From Octopus vulgaris (taxonomy: Eukaryota): a stretch of DNA of 64,000 bases. The stretch spans positions 27,776,001-27,840,000 of the forward strand of contig OX597830.1 of NCBI GenBank assembly GCA_951406725.2, read 5' to 3'. Position 1 is the stretch's first letter, and each line of letters starts with the position of its first letter. Position numbers and translations under genes: made by a program. The notes beneath the pieces were generated by a model. It saw only the letters and a program-made list of their open reading frames with translations. It was not told the origin of the DNA and made no database searches. Shown here piece by piece: positions 1 through 14,333 of the stretch.

Positions 1-214
1 ATAAATATATTTACATTTAGTTAATTTTCTTGTGCATTGATCCGTATTTTTACAAGTGATGTGCAGATAATTTATACATAAATATTCATAGATATACATA
101 TATAAGTATATACATATATATATATATACGTAAATGTATGTATATATTTATATATATATATGTATTTATATTTATGCATATATATGTATATATTCATATG
201 TTTGTATATATATG

Positions 215-273
<59 letters not shown>

Positions 274-662
274 CTATATAAGTATGTATATATTTATATA
301 TGTTTGTATATATATGTATATATATGTATAAACATGTATGTATATATGTATTTAGATATGTGTGTATGTATATATATGTGTGTGTGTAAGTCTATATGTG
401 TGTGTTTTATGTGATTGGAATTCAAACAGAAGTAAATTTACCCGAGACTATTAGAAGAATTTCTTTGTCCGAGGCATTGAGGCTTTATTCTATTCTGACT
501 CTGAGTCCTCCACCGAGTCATTTCCTTACTTCTAGGTGAAAAGAGATCATACATACATAAATATTTACACATATATGTAATATATGTTAATATATATATC
601 TGTATTGTATAATACACACACAAACTCTCTCTCTCTCACTCACGCACTTACGTACACATCTC

Positions 663-1166
663 TTTTACTCTTATCTGTTTCATTCATTTGACTGTGTCCA
701 TGCTGGAGCACCGCCTTTAGTTGAGGAAATCGACCCCAGGACTTATTCTTTGTAAGCCTAGTGCTTATTTTATCGGTCTCTTTTGCCGAACCACTAAGTT
801 ACGGGGATGTAAACACACCAGCATCGGTTGTCAAGTGATGTTGAGGGGACAAACACAGACACACAAACATATACACTCACACATACATTCAAATATACGT
901 ATGTACGACGGGCTACTATCAATTTCCGTCTACCAAATCCACTTATGAGGCTTTGGTCGGCCCGAGGCTATAGTAGAAGACACTTGCCCAAAGTGCCACG
1001 CAGTGGGACTGAACTCGGAACCATGTGGTTGGTAAGCAATGTACTTACCACACAGCCACTTCTACGCCTAGGCTATAGTAGAAGACACTTGCCCAAAGTA
1101 CCACGCAATGGGACTGAACCCAGAACTATGTGGTTGGTAAGCAAGGTACTTACAACACGGCCACTC
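663..1166 (-). mobile_element. tRNA-derived CORE-type SINE, family A, with partial tandem duplication of the head (about 1069-1166)
   Basis: Minus strand has an A box (TGGCTGTGTGG), a B-box-like GTTCAGTCC, CORE-like GGCACTTTGGGCAAGTGTCTT, an internal microsatellite and a tail GGCGGTGCTCCAGCATGG. Many copies occur in the window. Confidence 0.85.
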
Positions 1167-1457
1167 TACTTTATTTAACGATTTTTCAATGCACGATAAA
1201 TGCAGTTGACCTCCATAGGATTTCAAAGCATGGCACGTGATTGAACAACGCAGCACGTTCTAGCAAATGCGCACGCACAAACAAATGTGTATGTATGTAT
1301 GTACGTGCGCGTTTGTACTTGCAGTGTTAAACCCCGCGTATATATAGAGAAGTTTTCCTTTGAGACCAAAATGAATGTCTTACACACACACACACACACA
1401 CACATACACACACACACGCACAGAAATACACACACTCGCACACACACACACACACAC

Positions 1458-1546
<89 letters not shown>

Positions 1547-2029
1547 CTTTACATATAAATTTGACATGGCGATTCATCCTTGTCTTGGGATTCGGTCAAA
1601 CGGCTGGGTCGAACTGCACGAAGCATTACACAGATGTGTAGAATGACCCGGTGTTGTTGCTGGGCTTTGTATTTCTTCATATATACTATGGTTACCGAGA
1701 TAATCTACTATAATAATACTCTTGTGTTTATGAATGAAAAAGGAAGGGGTGACAGATGAATAAGGAAGGAAGGGGTGATGTCATACTTGGTAGTGGGATG
1801 CTGAAACAAAAATCAAACAGCGTTTCAACTCCGTGTGAATATATGCGTATGTATGTAAAAGGGTGTATGTGAATGTGCGTTTGTGTGCGTGTGCACGCGC
1901 AGTGGCAGTAGGGTGGTTCATCTTTGTTCGCTTAGTATTTGGCTTTATTTTTTGATTTGGTTGAATCCTGGTTGTTTTTTTTTTCTTATGCTGGTCAGTT
2001 ATTTTTAGCGTTTTGACAGAAATTGTCAT

Positions 2030-2144
2030 TCTAAAATTGTTTTTTTAATGTAAGCGTGCCCAAACAAGTCGAATGCTTACACAGAACAGGTTTTACAGTC
2101 ACATCATCCAAACCGACCGGGTGAAACCGGGCTTAGCTGCTAGT
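2030..2144 (+). mobile_element. Helitron-like 3' terminus
   Basis: GC-rich hairpin CCGG-GTGAAA-CCGG (2117-2130), then CTAG (2140-2143) followed by T. The 5' end is not defined. Confidence 0.45.
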
Positions 2145-2175
2145 ATATTTATATATATATATATATATATATATA

Positions 2176-2468
2176 GTTAATCCAAACAAGAAAACACAAA
2201 AAAAAACACAGCAACGCGAGGACGTGGAACAAATAAAGTATTATTGGACGCTCAGGAAAGAAGGGAAGAAGAAAGATAGATCGCCATGATAGATCGGTAG
2301 CCACTACGTACATTTTTTCCCTCCTTGTTTCTTTCTGTGTTCCTTTCTGTGGAAGAGCGTAGGCTCGAAACGTTAAAGACTTTTTCAATTCCCGAGCGTG
2401 ATACTAATACGTCTGTTTGTTTTCTACACCACCTGTCTTCGTCTTGTGTTTTTTCGTGAATTCTCCCT
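2176..2468. mobile_element. Back-to-back pair of related hammerhead-family short elements in (TA)n: family HA tail on minus (2176-2275) and family HB on plus (2281-2468)
   Basis: Homologous to 15650-15855, 23373-23800, 54388-54590 and 21608-21782. Flanked by (TA)n on both sides. Confidence 0.75.
2343..2378 (+). ncRNA. Minimal type-I hammerhead-like motif with variant core CUGUGGA
   Basis: CTTT-CTGTGGA-A-GAGC-GTAG-GCTC-GAAA-CG-TT-AAAG. Stems I and II pair perfectly; core position A6 is U. Confidence 0.55.
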
Positions 2469-2475
2469 ATATATA

Positions 2476-2517
<42 letters not shown>

Positions 2518-2529
2518 TATATATACAAG

Positions 2530-3055
2530 TTACACAGTGTCCGCCTGAACACCAAATTTACATATCCCAGAAGGCGTGCTCCTTCTTTTCTCCACTTTCG
2601 CTCGTCATCACGAGCGACCGAACGATCGATCACAAGAAAAATATACGATATTATAGATATTGAATATTGGTATCGTCTCAAGAAGTTGAAACTTTTTTTT
2701 TCCTCCTATGCCACTATGAGCGCTATATCATTCGTATCTTGTGGAAAATATTCCTATGGCACTGTCAAAATCATACTGGCATCAACCCAAAAATGCTTCC
2801 AAGTCATGGTTTTCGTGCTAACCATCCTCCACTAAAACCATGCTCGCATCACATCGCAACGCTAAGATAGATCTACTTCATGTAGACTGTCTCTGTTCGC
2901 TTTAACATCATGTGAAAGCACCTAAGAGAAAATAAAGATTTTATAATATTCGAACGGATCCTGGACGAAAATTCCCCACAAAATCCAGATAAACCACACG
3001 GATAAACAATCCGGATACCTCTCTACAAAAAATAACTTCGCTCGAATGAGTTTCG
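2530..3055 (+). pseudogene. Decayed CR1-type LINE ORF2 3' fragment
   Basis: Frame-shifted peptides EYWYRLKKLKL and ERYIIRILWKIF align with SYWE*LKRLRLYSLERRRERYAIIYIWKIL of the copy at 15973-16975. Confidence 0.65.
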
Positions 3056-3139
3056 GTTTCCAAAGAATGACTGAAATATGAATTTCTTTTTCAGGCGGTT
3101 TCATCTTCTAAAGGTAGATTCACTGCAGTTGCCGTGATG

Positions 3140-3428
3140 GCAAGTGACATCGTGGTCATGGGTATTTGGCTCACTATCGTAAGGTCGTGAGATCGGTCCC
3201 TGTCGGTGCGTTGTGTCCTTCAGCATGACACTTCAATTCATTTTTCTCCAGTCCATCCAGCTGACAAAGTGTCATCTTTGTCATATTCTGTGTTACGCTG
3301 AATCACCCTGAGAACTACATTAAGGGAACGCGTATCTGTGGAGTGTTCAGTCACTTGCGCGTTAATTTCAGGAATAGGCCGTTCCGTTGACCGGATCATC
3401 CGCCATTGTGTTAACCGACGGAGTACCA
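3140..3428 (+). mobile_element. tRNA-derived SINE; head and core like 25458-25715, tail like 22383-22774
   Basis: Core GTTGTGTCCTTCAGCATGACACTT...CCAGTCCATCCAGCTG and tail GAGAACTACATTAAGGG...AACCGACGGAGT. Confidence 0.7.
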
Positions 3429-4260
3429 GCGATCGTGGAGAAAATATTCTCGCTTATGATTAAACATTTAAAACACGATATGTGTTGTAGTTGGCTACCC
3501 TCAGCATAGTCCCAGATGCGTTCCTGGTTATTTAGAAGATACCGAAGAAAGATAACTCGAGCAGATTCATAATTAGTAACTGAGTTACGCTCGCGGACTG
3601 CCTGGTCGGAATAAGCACATGGTATTAACACTAAACAGTCATGAAGAATAAACGAACTTTAGGAGACTCAAAGTATATTTGTGACACATTTCAGCCTCTG
3701 AAGGCAAATTCATGCAGTTAATGTGGAAAAAAAATCCCTGCTTATGGGAAAAGGTGTAAAAACTCCATTTCTGAGAGTATCTCTCCCAAGAGGACTGTCA
3801 GACCGTGTTCTGGCTCTTTAGTCTTCCTCAGCTGGAGAAACCGAAGCAGCATAAATACACACACATACACACGTGCATATATGTTCATGGTTATTGGAAG
3901 GCTAGTATAATCGTAACATCTACTCTCTTTCCTTATTGGAAGAAGCAAGAGAAAATAAGCTGCACATTATTTTCCCAACTAAATGTATTATAACTGAAGA
4001 AAAGTAAGTTAGAGCTAAAATTCGAACTTTCATCATTTTCGATTTACATATAAATGTTTTGTTTTTGCATTGTTAGGAAATTTTACATCTACACCATTGT
4101 TTCTGTCTTACATGCAATTATGCTGTTAAGAAATATAGTTTGATGATGAAGAAGTCGAAAGGTGTATTGGAACCGGAAATGTTCCGATATGTAGTTAGTA
4201 ACTACGTAGCTTCTCCAGCACCATTTGAAAATCTCTTGTATTATGACTATCATTCCAAGA

Positions 4261-4700
4261 CGGCGAGCTGGCAGAATAGTTAGCACGCCAGGCGAAATAC
4301 CTAGCGATTATGTTCTGAGTTCAATTCCGCTGAGGTCGACTTTACCTTTCATCCTTTCGGGGTCAATTAAATAAGTACCAATTACGTACTGGGGTCGATA
4401 TAATCGACTATCCCCCTCCCCACAAATGTCAGGCCATGTGCCTATAATAGAAAGGATCATTATTATTATTCCAAGGAGGCGAGCTGGCAGAATCATTAGC
4501 TTGCCAAGCGAAATGCTTAGCTGTATTTCGTCTGCCGTTACGTTCTGAATTATAATTCCGCCGATATCGACTTTTCGTTTCATCCCTTCGGGGTCGATAA
4601 ATTAAGAACCAGTTAAATACTGCGGTCGATATAATCGTCTTATCCTTTCCCCAAAATTTCAGGCCTTGTACCTATAGGAGGAAAGATTATTATTATTATT
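4261..4700 (+). mobile_element. Two tandem copies of SINE family B (Meta-domain-like centre)
   Basis: GGCGAGCTGGCAGAAT head, GAGTTCAATTCC B-box-like motif, CCTTTCATCCTTTCGGGGTC...AAGTACC centre and (ATT)n tails. Confidence 0.8.
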
Positions 4701-5779
4701 CCATTCATATCTAGGAGAATTGAAGGGAAATTAAATGTATTTGAGTAGTCCTTTATTTCAACGAGCTCGAAAGGATAAAATGTAAAATTGCCTACGTTGG
4801 GAATTGAAATCAGAAAATAAATTCGTATTTGTCTCAGATAGAAAACGAAACTGAAACAAAGTCTTGTGTTGGATTCGACACACTGAAATGTAATTTACAA
4901 TATTTGATTTAACCAACCAATTTCAGCGCATACAGTTAAACGCTTGTCTCTTGTGATCAAAAGTATCTGTCATGAATGTTTGATATGAGTGGAATAGAAA
5001 TACAAAAGAAAAAAAAATGCTAAATGCTGTTAGTATTATTCCTACTCCAGGGTCGTTAGCTTGGTAAATGCAGCGAAAGATATTGAAACGGGAATCGAAA
5101 TGAAGACTTCGGCTATGGATCGGTATGCTTTGAACATTTTGTCTGCATTATACACGACTTGCCTTCGCCTTGCCTCACACTCAGAGCAATTAAATAGTGA
5201 GAATACCATAGGATATACCTGTAGAAAATGCTAAAATAACAAAGTGAATCAAAAACAAAAAAAAATTGTGTAATTGGCTAAGCTTAAGCAAAATTAGCAA
5301 ATAAAATTACGGATATCTTATAGATCTTCTGCATTTAGATGCAAGCAAACTTAAAAAGCCAACGTGGACATCTTTATGAATATATAATGCATTCATGCAT
5401 ACATAATAAGCTTTGTGCGCATCACTACATGTATTGGAATCTATTGATGTCTATCCGTTCTTTGTCTCTACGTAAATATATTGTATGTATATATATGTAT
5501 TATATATATATATATTTACATGTATATATATGCATATATATGTATATTTATGTCTATGTATATATGTATATATATATTGTAATATAATATAATATAATAT
5601 ATGCGTGATTATAATGGATATGTTCACATGCTTGCAGGTTTTGTCAACCGTGGCTTCTATGTAATAATATATTCGCTGCACAACACAATATATAAAATAG
5701 GAAATTACAGAATACCAAAAGAGAAATATATATATGTATATATATGTATATATGTATATATATATATATATATATGTAA

Positions 5780-5846
<67 letters not shown>

Positions 5847-6033
5847 TACGCATGTGCACACTTAGATAGATATACATATGTATATGTATGAGAGCATGTA
5901 AGTATGCTTGTATGTGTGTTTCTATGTACGTATGCGTGCAAACACAATAAAAGCAAAACAAAAATGATTTAGCGCGGTGAAAAAGAATGAAAAAGAGGTG
6001 AGGAAAAAGATGAAGAAAAAAAAGAGTAAAGGG

Positions 6034-6058
6034 TATGATGATGATGATGACTGGTGAC

Positions 6059-6091
<33 letters not shown>

Positions 6092-6482
6092 CATGTTGTT
6101 GTTGGTGGTTGCTAATGGTGGTGCTGTTTCTGTAGAGGCTGTTGGTGGAGGCGATGTTTGTGATGATAGCAATGATGATGATGATGATGACGATTGGTGA
6201 CGATGAGAGGAAGTTGATTTTGAATATGGAGATGAAGAAATTGTCAGAAGTGGGAGATGAATTATGTTGGCGGGGTGGGAGGGGTTACAGAGAGTAGGAG
6301 AATAAGGAGAAGGAGAAGAAGGAGGAGAAGGAGAAGAAGGAGGAGAAGGAGAAGGAGGTGAAACAGAATTAGAAACGGAAGTGGAAGATCAAAAACAAAA
6401 TCAAAAAACAAAAAAAGGAAGAAAAGAGGAGGAAGAGGAGCAGAAGTAGAAGAAGAAGGAGAAGAGGAAAATGATGGCAAGA

Positions 6483-6559
<77 letters not shown>

Positions 6560-6640
6560 GACGATGATGATGATGACGACGACGACGACGACGTTGATGA
6601 CGGCGATGACGGCGATGAAGATGACGATGATCATGATGAA
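6034..6640. repeat. (GAT)n and purine-rich (GAA/GGA) low-complexity tract
   Basis: Directly visible trinucleotide repeats. Confidence 0.95.
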
Positions 6641-6949
6641 AGAATAAAAAAAAATAACCAAAGCGAAGAAGATATTACAAGTGGATGTAACCTGGTAGAG
6701 GCAAGAAGAATGAAAACAGGAATGGAATAATTTAAGAAAGCAGCCATATATTAATCTAGCTTTAATTTAACAGTTGCCGGGACATTGACTAGGAATTAGA
6801 GCGTTTCGTATGAAACCTTTGATAGCTCAAACGGATAAAAGAAACTAAAAATCTCAACTGCAGTATTAACCTCCAACCGACCAACCAGCCAGCCAGCCAC
6901 CCAACGAACCAACCAACCACCCACCACTACTATTACAACATGTATGCAT

Positions 6950-6961
6950 ATATATACATAC

Positions 6962-7008
<47 letters not shown>

Positions 7009-7042
7009 TAGATAGATAGATATACATATACAAATATATATT

Positions 7043-7083
<41 letters not shown>

Positions 7084-7207
7084 ATATATACATATATATA
7101 AGTATATATGTATATATTGCTATACATATACATATTCATACATACGTATATACATATATACATATATATATATACATACATGTATATATACATATATATA
7201 TATATAT

Positions 7208-7240
<33 letters not shown>

Positions 7241-7245
7241 CATAA

Positions 7246-7278
<33 letters not shown>

Positions 7279-7287
7279 TACATATAT

Positions 7288-7351
<64 letters not shown>

Positions 7352-7355
7352 TATA

Positions 7356-7450
<95 letters not shown>

Positions 7451-7470
7451 GTATGCATGTATGTATGTAT
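6950..7470. repeat. Compound (TA)n/(CA)n/(TATG)n microsatellite
   Basis: Directly visible. Representative of dozens of such arrays, e.g. 90-410, 5720-5840, 14930-15060, 27925-28012, 28525-28650, 30055-30320, 38437-38580, 50100-50460 and 58255-58570. Confidence 0.95.
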
Positions 7471-8291
7471 AAATGCATAGCTGGAAACGTTTAACTCTCA
7501 TGGAATACGGAATACATTTACCTAACGCTTTTACACCCAAGGCACACACACAAGCAAACACACACAGACAGACCGCGCGTGCACAGTCACGCACACGCAC
7601 ACACACATTCATACAGGGACAGACATAGTCTTGGAAGAGTTGATGTTAATTTATTTATTCATTTATTCATTCACTGCGTTGATATTGCTATTGTAGTCTC
7701 GGACAGAAGCAAAGCATTTCACTAGTAAAAATGGAGCTGACGTTTACTTCTTTCAAGACGAAATCGATTCTGTTATTTTTCTAGTTTTTGTCTGTTTCTT
7801 GTTGTCATCATTGTGGTTGTTAAACCCTCCAAATCAGCCCTGATGATACAGGTCTATCATCGAAGGCATTCCTGTTATGACTTGCCCGTAATTTTCATAT
7901 ATAGCAGAAAATCCATTCTCACAGTGCTGTAAGGGATGTGGATAAAAAAACTCTACGTTTGTGACGAGCTGTTTTTCCCTGATTTTTTTTCTTTCGCTTT
8001 TTAACTGATAATGCCTTGATCGGCGCTAGATGATCTAACCTATGTTGAAATGCCTTGCCTTCTTATGTGACATAAAAAAATCAAGAACCACCTTATTTAT
8101 CCTGTCCTATTCTAAGACTACCGGAAGAAAATGTGCTCGTTATGTTTAGCGAGCGACCTCATGCAGTGTACCTTGCCAACGTCTGTTATATCAGTATTAA
8201 AAGTGGAAGCCGGGAAGAGGTTTAAGAACCTTTCGTGTATGACAAGTTGTCTTTGCTTTGATTTTGTTATTGATATTACCTCCGTCTGATT

Positions 8292-9063
8292 GGGCAGTGA
8301 GCTGGCAGAATCATTAGCATCCCGGTGGAAATGCTTAGCGGTATTTCGTCTACTGCTACGTTCTGAGTCCAAATTCCGCCGAGGTCGACTTTGCCTTTCA
8401 TCCTTTCGGGGTAGATTAAATAAGTACCAGTTACGCACTCGGGTTGATATAATCGAATTTATCCATTTGTCTGTCCTTGTTTGTCCTCTGTGTTTAGCCC
8501 CTTGTGGGTAGTAAAGAAATAGGTATTCTATCTGACGCTACGTTCTGAGTTCAAATTCCGCCAAGGTCGACTTTGCCTTACCAGTTGCGTATTGGGATCG
8601 ATCTAATCGACTGGCCCCCTCCCACCAAGTTTCGGGCCTTACGCTTAGAGTAGAAGAAAGAATCGTTAGCACGCCGGGCAAAATACTTCGGTATTTCTCC
8701 CGTCTTTAAATTCTGAGTTCAAATTTCGCCGTGGTCGACTTTGCCTTTCATCCTATCTAGGGTCGATAAAATAAGTACTATTTGAGCGATGTAGTCGACT
8801 GTCCCCTCCTCTCAAATTACTGACTTGTTGCTAAAAAATTAAATCGATATTAACTAGGTCGGCAAGCTGGCAGAATCGTTAGCAGGCCGGACAAAATTCT
8901 TTTCTGTCTTTACATTTTGAGTTTGAATTCCGCGGTGGTCGACTTTGCCTTTCATCCTTTGCGGATCGATTAAAGAAGTACTTGTTGAACAATGGGATCG
9001 ATGTGATCGACTTAACACTTCTCCCGAAATTACTGGTCTTGTACCAAAATTTGAAATCGATAT
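8292..9063 (+). mobile_element. Cluster of about four head-to-tail family B SINE copies
   Basis: Repeated TTCTGAGTTCAAATTCCGCCGAGGTCGACTTTGCCT motif at about 8360, 8545, 8712 and 8920. Confidence 0.85.
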
Positions 9064-9599
9064 TACCCATGTCGGCGCTAAACGACGTAACCTACTTTTG
9101 AAAAAAAAAAACCTACCAGTCGTAATCATTTCGTCTTTTACACAGGCTGTCTGATTGTGACCTTTGTTTTTAATGTCACAAGATATAATTTGAGGAATAT
9201 TTGGTTGTTATATATACTGGATTGATACTGCTTTGTGAATGATCACAATTTCTCTTAAAGAATCGTAGGTGAATGCGAATAAGCTCTCGGGTTTAAAGTT
9301 GCAATGCTTTTGTAATTTCAGTTATTTAGCTCCTTGTCGGCCGCGGTCTAGCAGGCGTATGACCAAAGACTCTCCAGCTATAACCATTTCGAACTGTCCA
9401 AATTGAAAGGGAACACTATATGTATGTATGTAAGTATATATGTATGTATATGTATCTACCTACCTACCAACCAACCTACCTACCTACCTACCTACCTACC
9501 TACCTACCTACCTACCTACCTACCTACCTACCTATCTATCTATCTATCTATCTATCTGTCTAAATATATATATATATATATTTTTGTTTTTGACTCATT

Positions 9600-9895
9600 T
9601 TGTCTAAAGTCATAAGACACCCGCTGTTATCCTGTTTTTAACCATTATTGTTTTCAATTTTGTTCTGTTTCTTGTATTTATATTCGTCTCTGTTGAGTTT
9701 ACATTCTTTCCTTCTACCAAGAAATCTAATGCTCACAGCTTAGTTTTTTCCTTGGGGCTGGCCGAGTTGGAGCAAATATCAGAATTAATCAGCCGAAATT
9801 TGCCATGATGATTCGGTTTCTGACTGAAGATTGAAGGCTTCGAATGACTTGTGTGTTTTCCGTGTTCGTCCTTTTGTGTATTTCACGTTGTTTAT
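9600..9895 (+). mobile_element. Short interspersed element family D, inserted in (TA)n
   Basis: Reverse-complement similarity to 19230-19500 and 28015-28290, with (TA)n flanks. Confidence 0.6.
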
Positions 9896-9910
9896 ATATA
9901 AACTCTTATT

Positions 9911-9978
<68 letters not shown>

Positions 9979-10149
9979 CACATATATGTATGTATAAATT
10001 ATTATTAATCCAAGCTAACGGAGGTACAGAAGAAATGATGAAAATGCACAGTGAATATATTAGAATTAATTAGCATTTAATTATATTCTAAAATCTAGGA
10101 ATACAATTGACTGGTTTCAAATTAGATTTGCAAACGTGTAGAGTGTATG

Positions 10150-10602
10150 CTTTCAAATTTTGGCGAAAGAGTACCGTTGTTCTGTGTTTCGGGGGTCAAT
10201 CGATTACGTCGGCTCCTGTACTTGTCTGATATTTTATCTTTTCGACCTCGCAAGGATAAAAGGCGAAGTTGACCTTCGTGGAATTTGAACTCAGTACGTA
10301 AAGAACCGGAGTAAATGACATTACGCAATATGTCCGATGCGCTGATGATTCTGCCATTTCGCTCTCTTTCAGCACTCTAAATAATTCTTTCTGCTATTGG
10401 CACAAGGCTTGAAATTTCAAGTGGGTTGAGTTTGTCTATGGTCTCGACCCCAGCGCTCAACTAGCTCTTATTTGGTCGAATCTGAAAGGATGAAAGGCAA
10501 ATATGTCCTAGATGGAATTTGAACTCAGGACATAAAACTAGAAGAAATGCTGCAACCCATTTTATCCATCGTCTCAATGAATCTGCCAGCTCTTCTTCGC
10601 CT
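10150..10602 (-). mobile_element. Two decayed family B SINE copies
   Basis: AAGGATGAAAGGCAAA...GGAATTTGAACTCAG...TCTGCCAGCTC is the reverse complement of family B. Confidence 0.7.
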
Positions 10603-11221
10603 TTACAGGACTCTAAATAATACATCCGAACTACGTAAAACAATGCTATATTCAGACTCACTTTCTCCTTTGTTTTACTTTTGATAAAACCAAGATAGGT
10701 GCCAAACGATCTTATCTAAGTTGAAATGCCTTCCAATCGGAACCATTCCACCTTCTCCATACACTATTTTATCGATTGTGAACTTAAGTTTTTAATATGG
10801 TGTGGTGTGATCTGAGGGATATTTGGTTTCTACATCTAGTGAGTCGAACTACTATGGAAATCAAACAACTAAATTCAATGAAATCCTCAGAAATTGCCAA
10901 CACACTCCTGTTATGAACAACGTGAAACCCTCCACAGAGTCACTTAGCCTGCTAGAAATAACAGCCAATTATCTAATAAATCATATTCCATATGTTTTAA
11001 AAAAATAATATGGGCTCTCGCATTGATTTCGATGTATGAGAATACTGTTGTTTATTGAATTAGTGTGGGGAGTGGCCGAGTATTCCACAGTCACATGTAC
11101 TATATTAATATAATTCTCGGGGAGAATCAGCATGACAACAACCTGATTGTAGTTTTGGGGATAGGGGTGGAAGGATTTTGATAAATAGGTACAAAGAAGG
11201 GGGAAAAATGTGGGAGAGACG

Positions 11222-11288
<67 letters not shown>

Positions 11289-11431
11289 GCAGGGAGTGGA
11301 AAGCACAGAGCGAAAAGTTATCTCCGACATCATCATCATCATCATCGGTACCAAAATCATCATAATAGTCCTCGTTATCCTCCCCGTTCCCATTATCATT
11401 GTTATCGACCATCACCACCGCCACCACCACC

Positions 11432-11465
<34 letters not shown>

Positions 11466-11499
11466 TCATCTTCATCAACATCATCATCATCATTATCAC

Positions 11500-11539
<40 letters not shown>

Positions 11540-11659
11540 GTCATCATCATCATCGTCGTCATCATCATCATCATCATCATCACAATCATCATCATCACTA
11601 TCATCATCAACATTATCATCATCATCATCATCATCATCATCACCACCACCACCACCACC

Positions 11660-11693
<34 letters not shown>

Positions 11694-11870
11694 CCATCAT
11701 TATCATCCTCATCATCATCATCGTCGTCGTCATCATCGTCGTCGTCGCTATCATCATCATCATCGTCATCACCATCGTCATCATCACCATCACCATCGTC
11801 ATCATCATCAACGCCGTCGTCGTTGTCGTCGCCGTCGCCGTCGCCGTCGTAGTCGTTCTCGCCGATATCA
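11222..11870. repeat. (GA)n followed by a long (CAT/CAC/CGT)n array
   Basis: Directly visible. It explains the poly-H, S, I and M ORFs. Confidence 0.95.
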
Positions 11871-12428
11871 TCAATTACCTAATCACCATAATCGCTATCA
11901 CGGATCAATCAACGACAAACCATACAAATAATGGAAACGGTAAATTCATTTACACGTGAATTTATTGTGATATGTCATCATTGTATTGCGGAATGGCGAT
12001 AATGTCCTCAAAGAAAACGGCGCTAACGACGATGACAATGACAACGTTGGAGATGTGGGCGGTGGTGATGGTGGTGATGGTGGTGATTGTACAGGTGGTG
12101 GTTATGAAGGTGTTAGTGGTGTTGAAGCTAATGATGTAGTTGCGAACTGTCCTCTCGTTTTTACAGTTATTGGTGTTGGAGGTAGTGTTAAAGACTTTTG
12201 TCGATGCTACTGGCGATGATAATGATGATGATGATGACCATCATGATGATGATGGCAGTGATGTTGATGATGATGATGATGATGGTGATGGCGGTATTAT
12301 AAAGTGAGTGTTATAAAGTGATTGGTGACTCTATGTCTGGCTGCCACTACCGCCGCCGCCGCCACCGCCACACTTTGCTGTACCTGCAGCTGCTAATAAC
12401 CCTGACGCTGCTGCTGCTACTGCTGCTG

Positions 12429-12476
<48 letters not shown>

Positions 12477-12534
12477 TAATTTATATTAATAATAATTATA
12501 AAATTATAATAGTAATTCGTTTATTTGACGACGA

Positions 12535-12572
<38 letters not shown>

Positions 12573-14302
12573 CTGTATATAATTATGTATGTATATGTTC
12601 GTCTGTGTGTGTATGTGTGTGTGTATGTATATGTTACTTGAAGGAAATTGCTATTAGTATAACATTATTATCGTTATTATCATTATTATTACTATTATAA
12701 TCGTCATCATCCTCCTCCTCATCATCATCAACATCATCATTATTATTATTCTTATTATTATTATTGTTATTATTATTGTCATCATTATTATTTGTGTATC
12801 TATGTGTAATAGTCATACATGTACATGCGGTAATACAAAAATTTGGAGGTAATAGCAACAGCATTATCAATACAGCACAATAACAACGCATTGTAACAAC
12901 CATTGCACAAATAAGCATGAAACAAAGTAACAAAACCGAGAAAGAACAATAGAACAATGAGTAAAACAAAACGGAGGAGGGGAGTTAGTTATAATATAAC
13001 GAAGAACAATTGAACAAAACACACACACACACACAAAAAAAAAAGAAATCAAAGCGAAAATTTCTCTGTAAAATATACAGCATGAATAACTCCTTCCAAT
13101 GGAAATGCCAAAAATCGCATCAGATCAGGAAACTGGGAGAAAATGCAAGGCTAATATAAAACCAAAATTAATCTAAAACAGTAACAAGAAGAGATACATA
13201 GACAAAACAAAAACTACAATAATAACTTAGACAACAAGAACCAACAAGCAAATATATAACGAAAAACAACAACAGTCATGATAGCAGCCATGACATAAAA
13301 TGTAAATTGAAAAAGAAAATTAGAAACGAAAAACGAAAACAAAACAAGATAGTGGGAAAGTACAGAAGGCGGTAATTATAATGTTAGTATATCAATAAAA
13401 TATACAGGAATTTGATGTTTAAACATCAAAGATGGCTTATTTGTCCAAACTAATGGACGTAAGGGAAACAATTGCAGTTAAATGGGAAGAATAAAGTAAC
13501 AGATCGTTTTTTTTTCTATTTGGCTATTTGAATGTATGTCTGTTTGTTTGTTGTTATATGTTTTTGTTATTAATGCTTATGCGGTTGTATATCTACGTAT
13601 GGGTGGATGTGCATAAGTGTATATCTGTACGACCATATATGTGTGTGTGTGTGTAAAAATGTGTGTGAAAATATGTGTATGTAAGTGTGAGTTTGTCTCT
13701 ATGAATGATAGAATACACGACAAACTCATAGCAGACGACAGCCAAAAGTATTTTATCCAATCAGCAAAACTAATTTGAAAAGGAAAGAAAAACACATTAG
13801 CAAAAAAAAGAAAAAGTAACAATAAAAATGTACATTAGGAAAATGGATTTAACATAGAGAAATTTGTCCACATCACCCATGCACGCCACACACATACATG
13901 CCCACAAACACAATTACACACAGAAACACATACAAACAGATACACAACTATATGTGTAGATGCTTAATTTAAATGTCTTTATTTCACAGTGTGTTTTTTT
14001 TTTTGTTTTAGTTTTAGTGACGAGGGAAATAAGAGGCTGAGTATAGAGAGGGAATCGAGAGAAAAATGATAGAAAAAGAAATATCTGTTAAGCATGGACT
14101 TGTTTTAACCAACGCTAGTTGCCAACATGGCGCAACAGCTTAACAATTTGGACAGAGAAGTTAATACAGAAAAACCCAATAAACACACACATACACACAC
14201 AGATACACACACTCACAAACACAACCACATATATATATCCGGGCACACATACATGTATACAGATACATAAATACATACATACATACACTCACAGACACAC
14301 AC

Positions 14303-14333
<31 letters not shown>

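Noticed and set aside
4217-4240. miR-29-like AGCACCATTTGAAA; also seed-like words at 17145 (miR-124) and 57997 (miR-2)
   Set aside because: Only partial matches, with no precursor hairpin seen.
7840-7866. CTGATGA...GAAG
   Set aside because: The core is buried in a GATGATA/TATCATC hairpin, and there is no GAAA or stem I.
8292-9063. Regularly recurring motif resembling an array
   Set aside because: These are tandem SINE copies, not CRISPR: there are no fixed-length unique spacers and the context is eukaryotic.
10981-11959. Long ORFs of 186-297 aa (poly-M, H, S, I)
   Set aside because: These are translations of a (CAT)n-type array, open in several frames, with no domain content.
14127-14200. 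GCCAACATGG strong start context (MAQQLNNLDREV...)
   Set aside because: It runs into microsatellite with no convincing donor site or homology.
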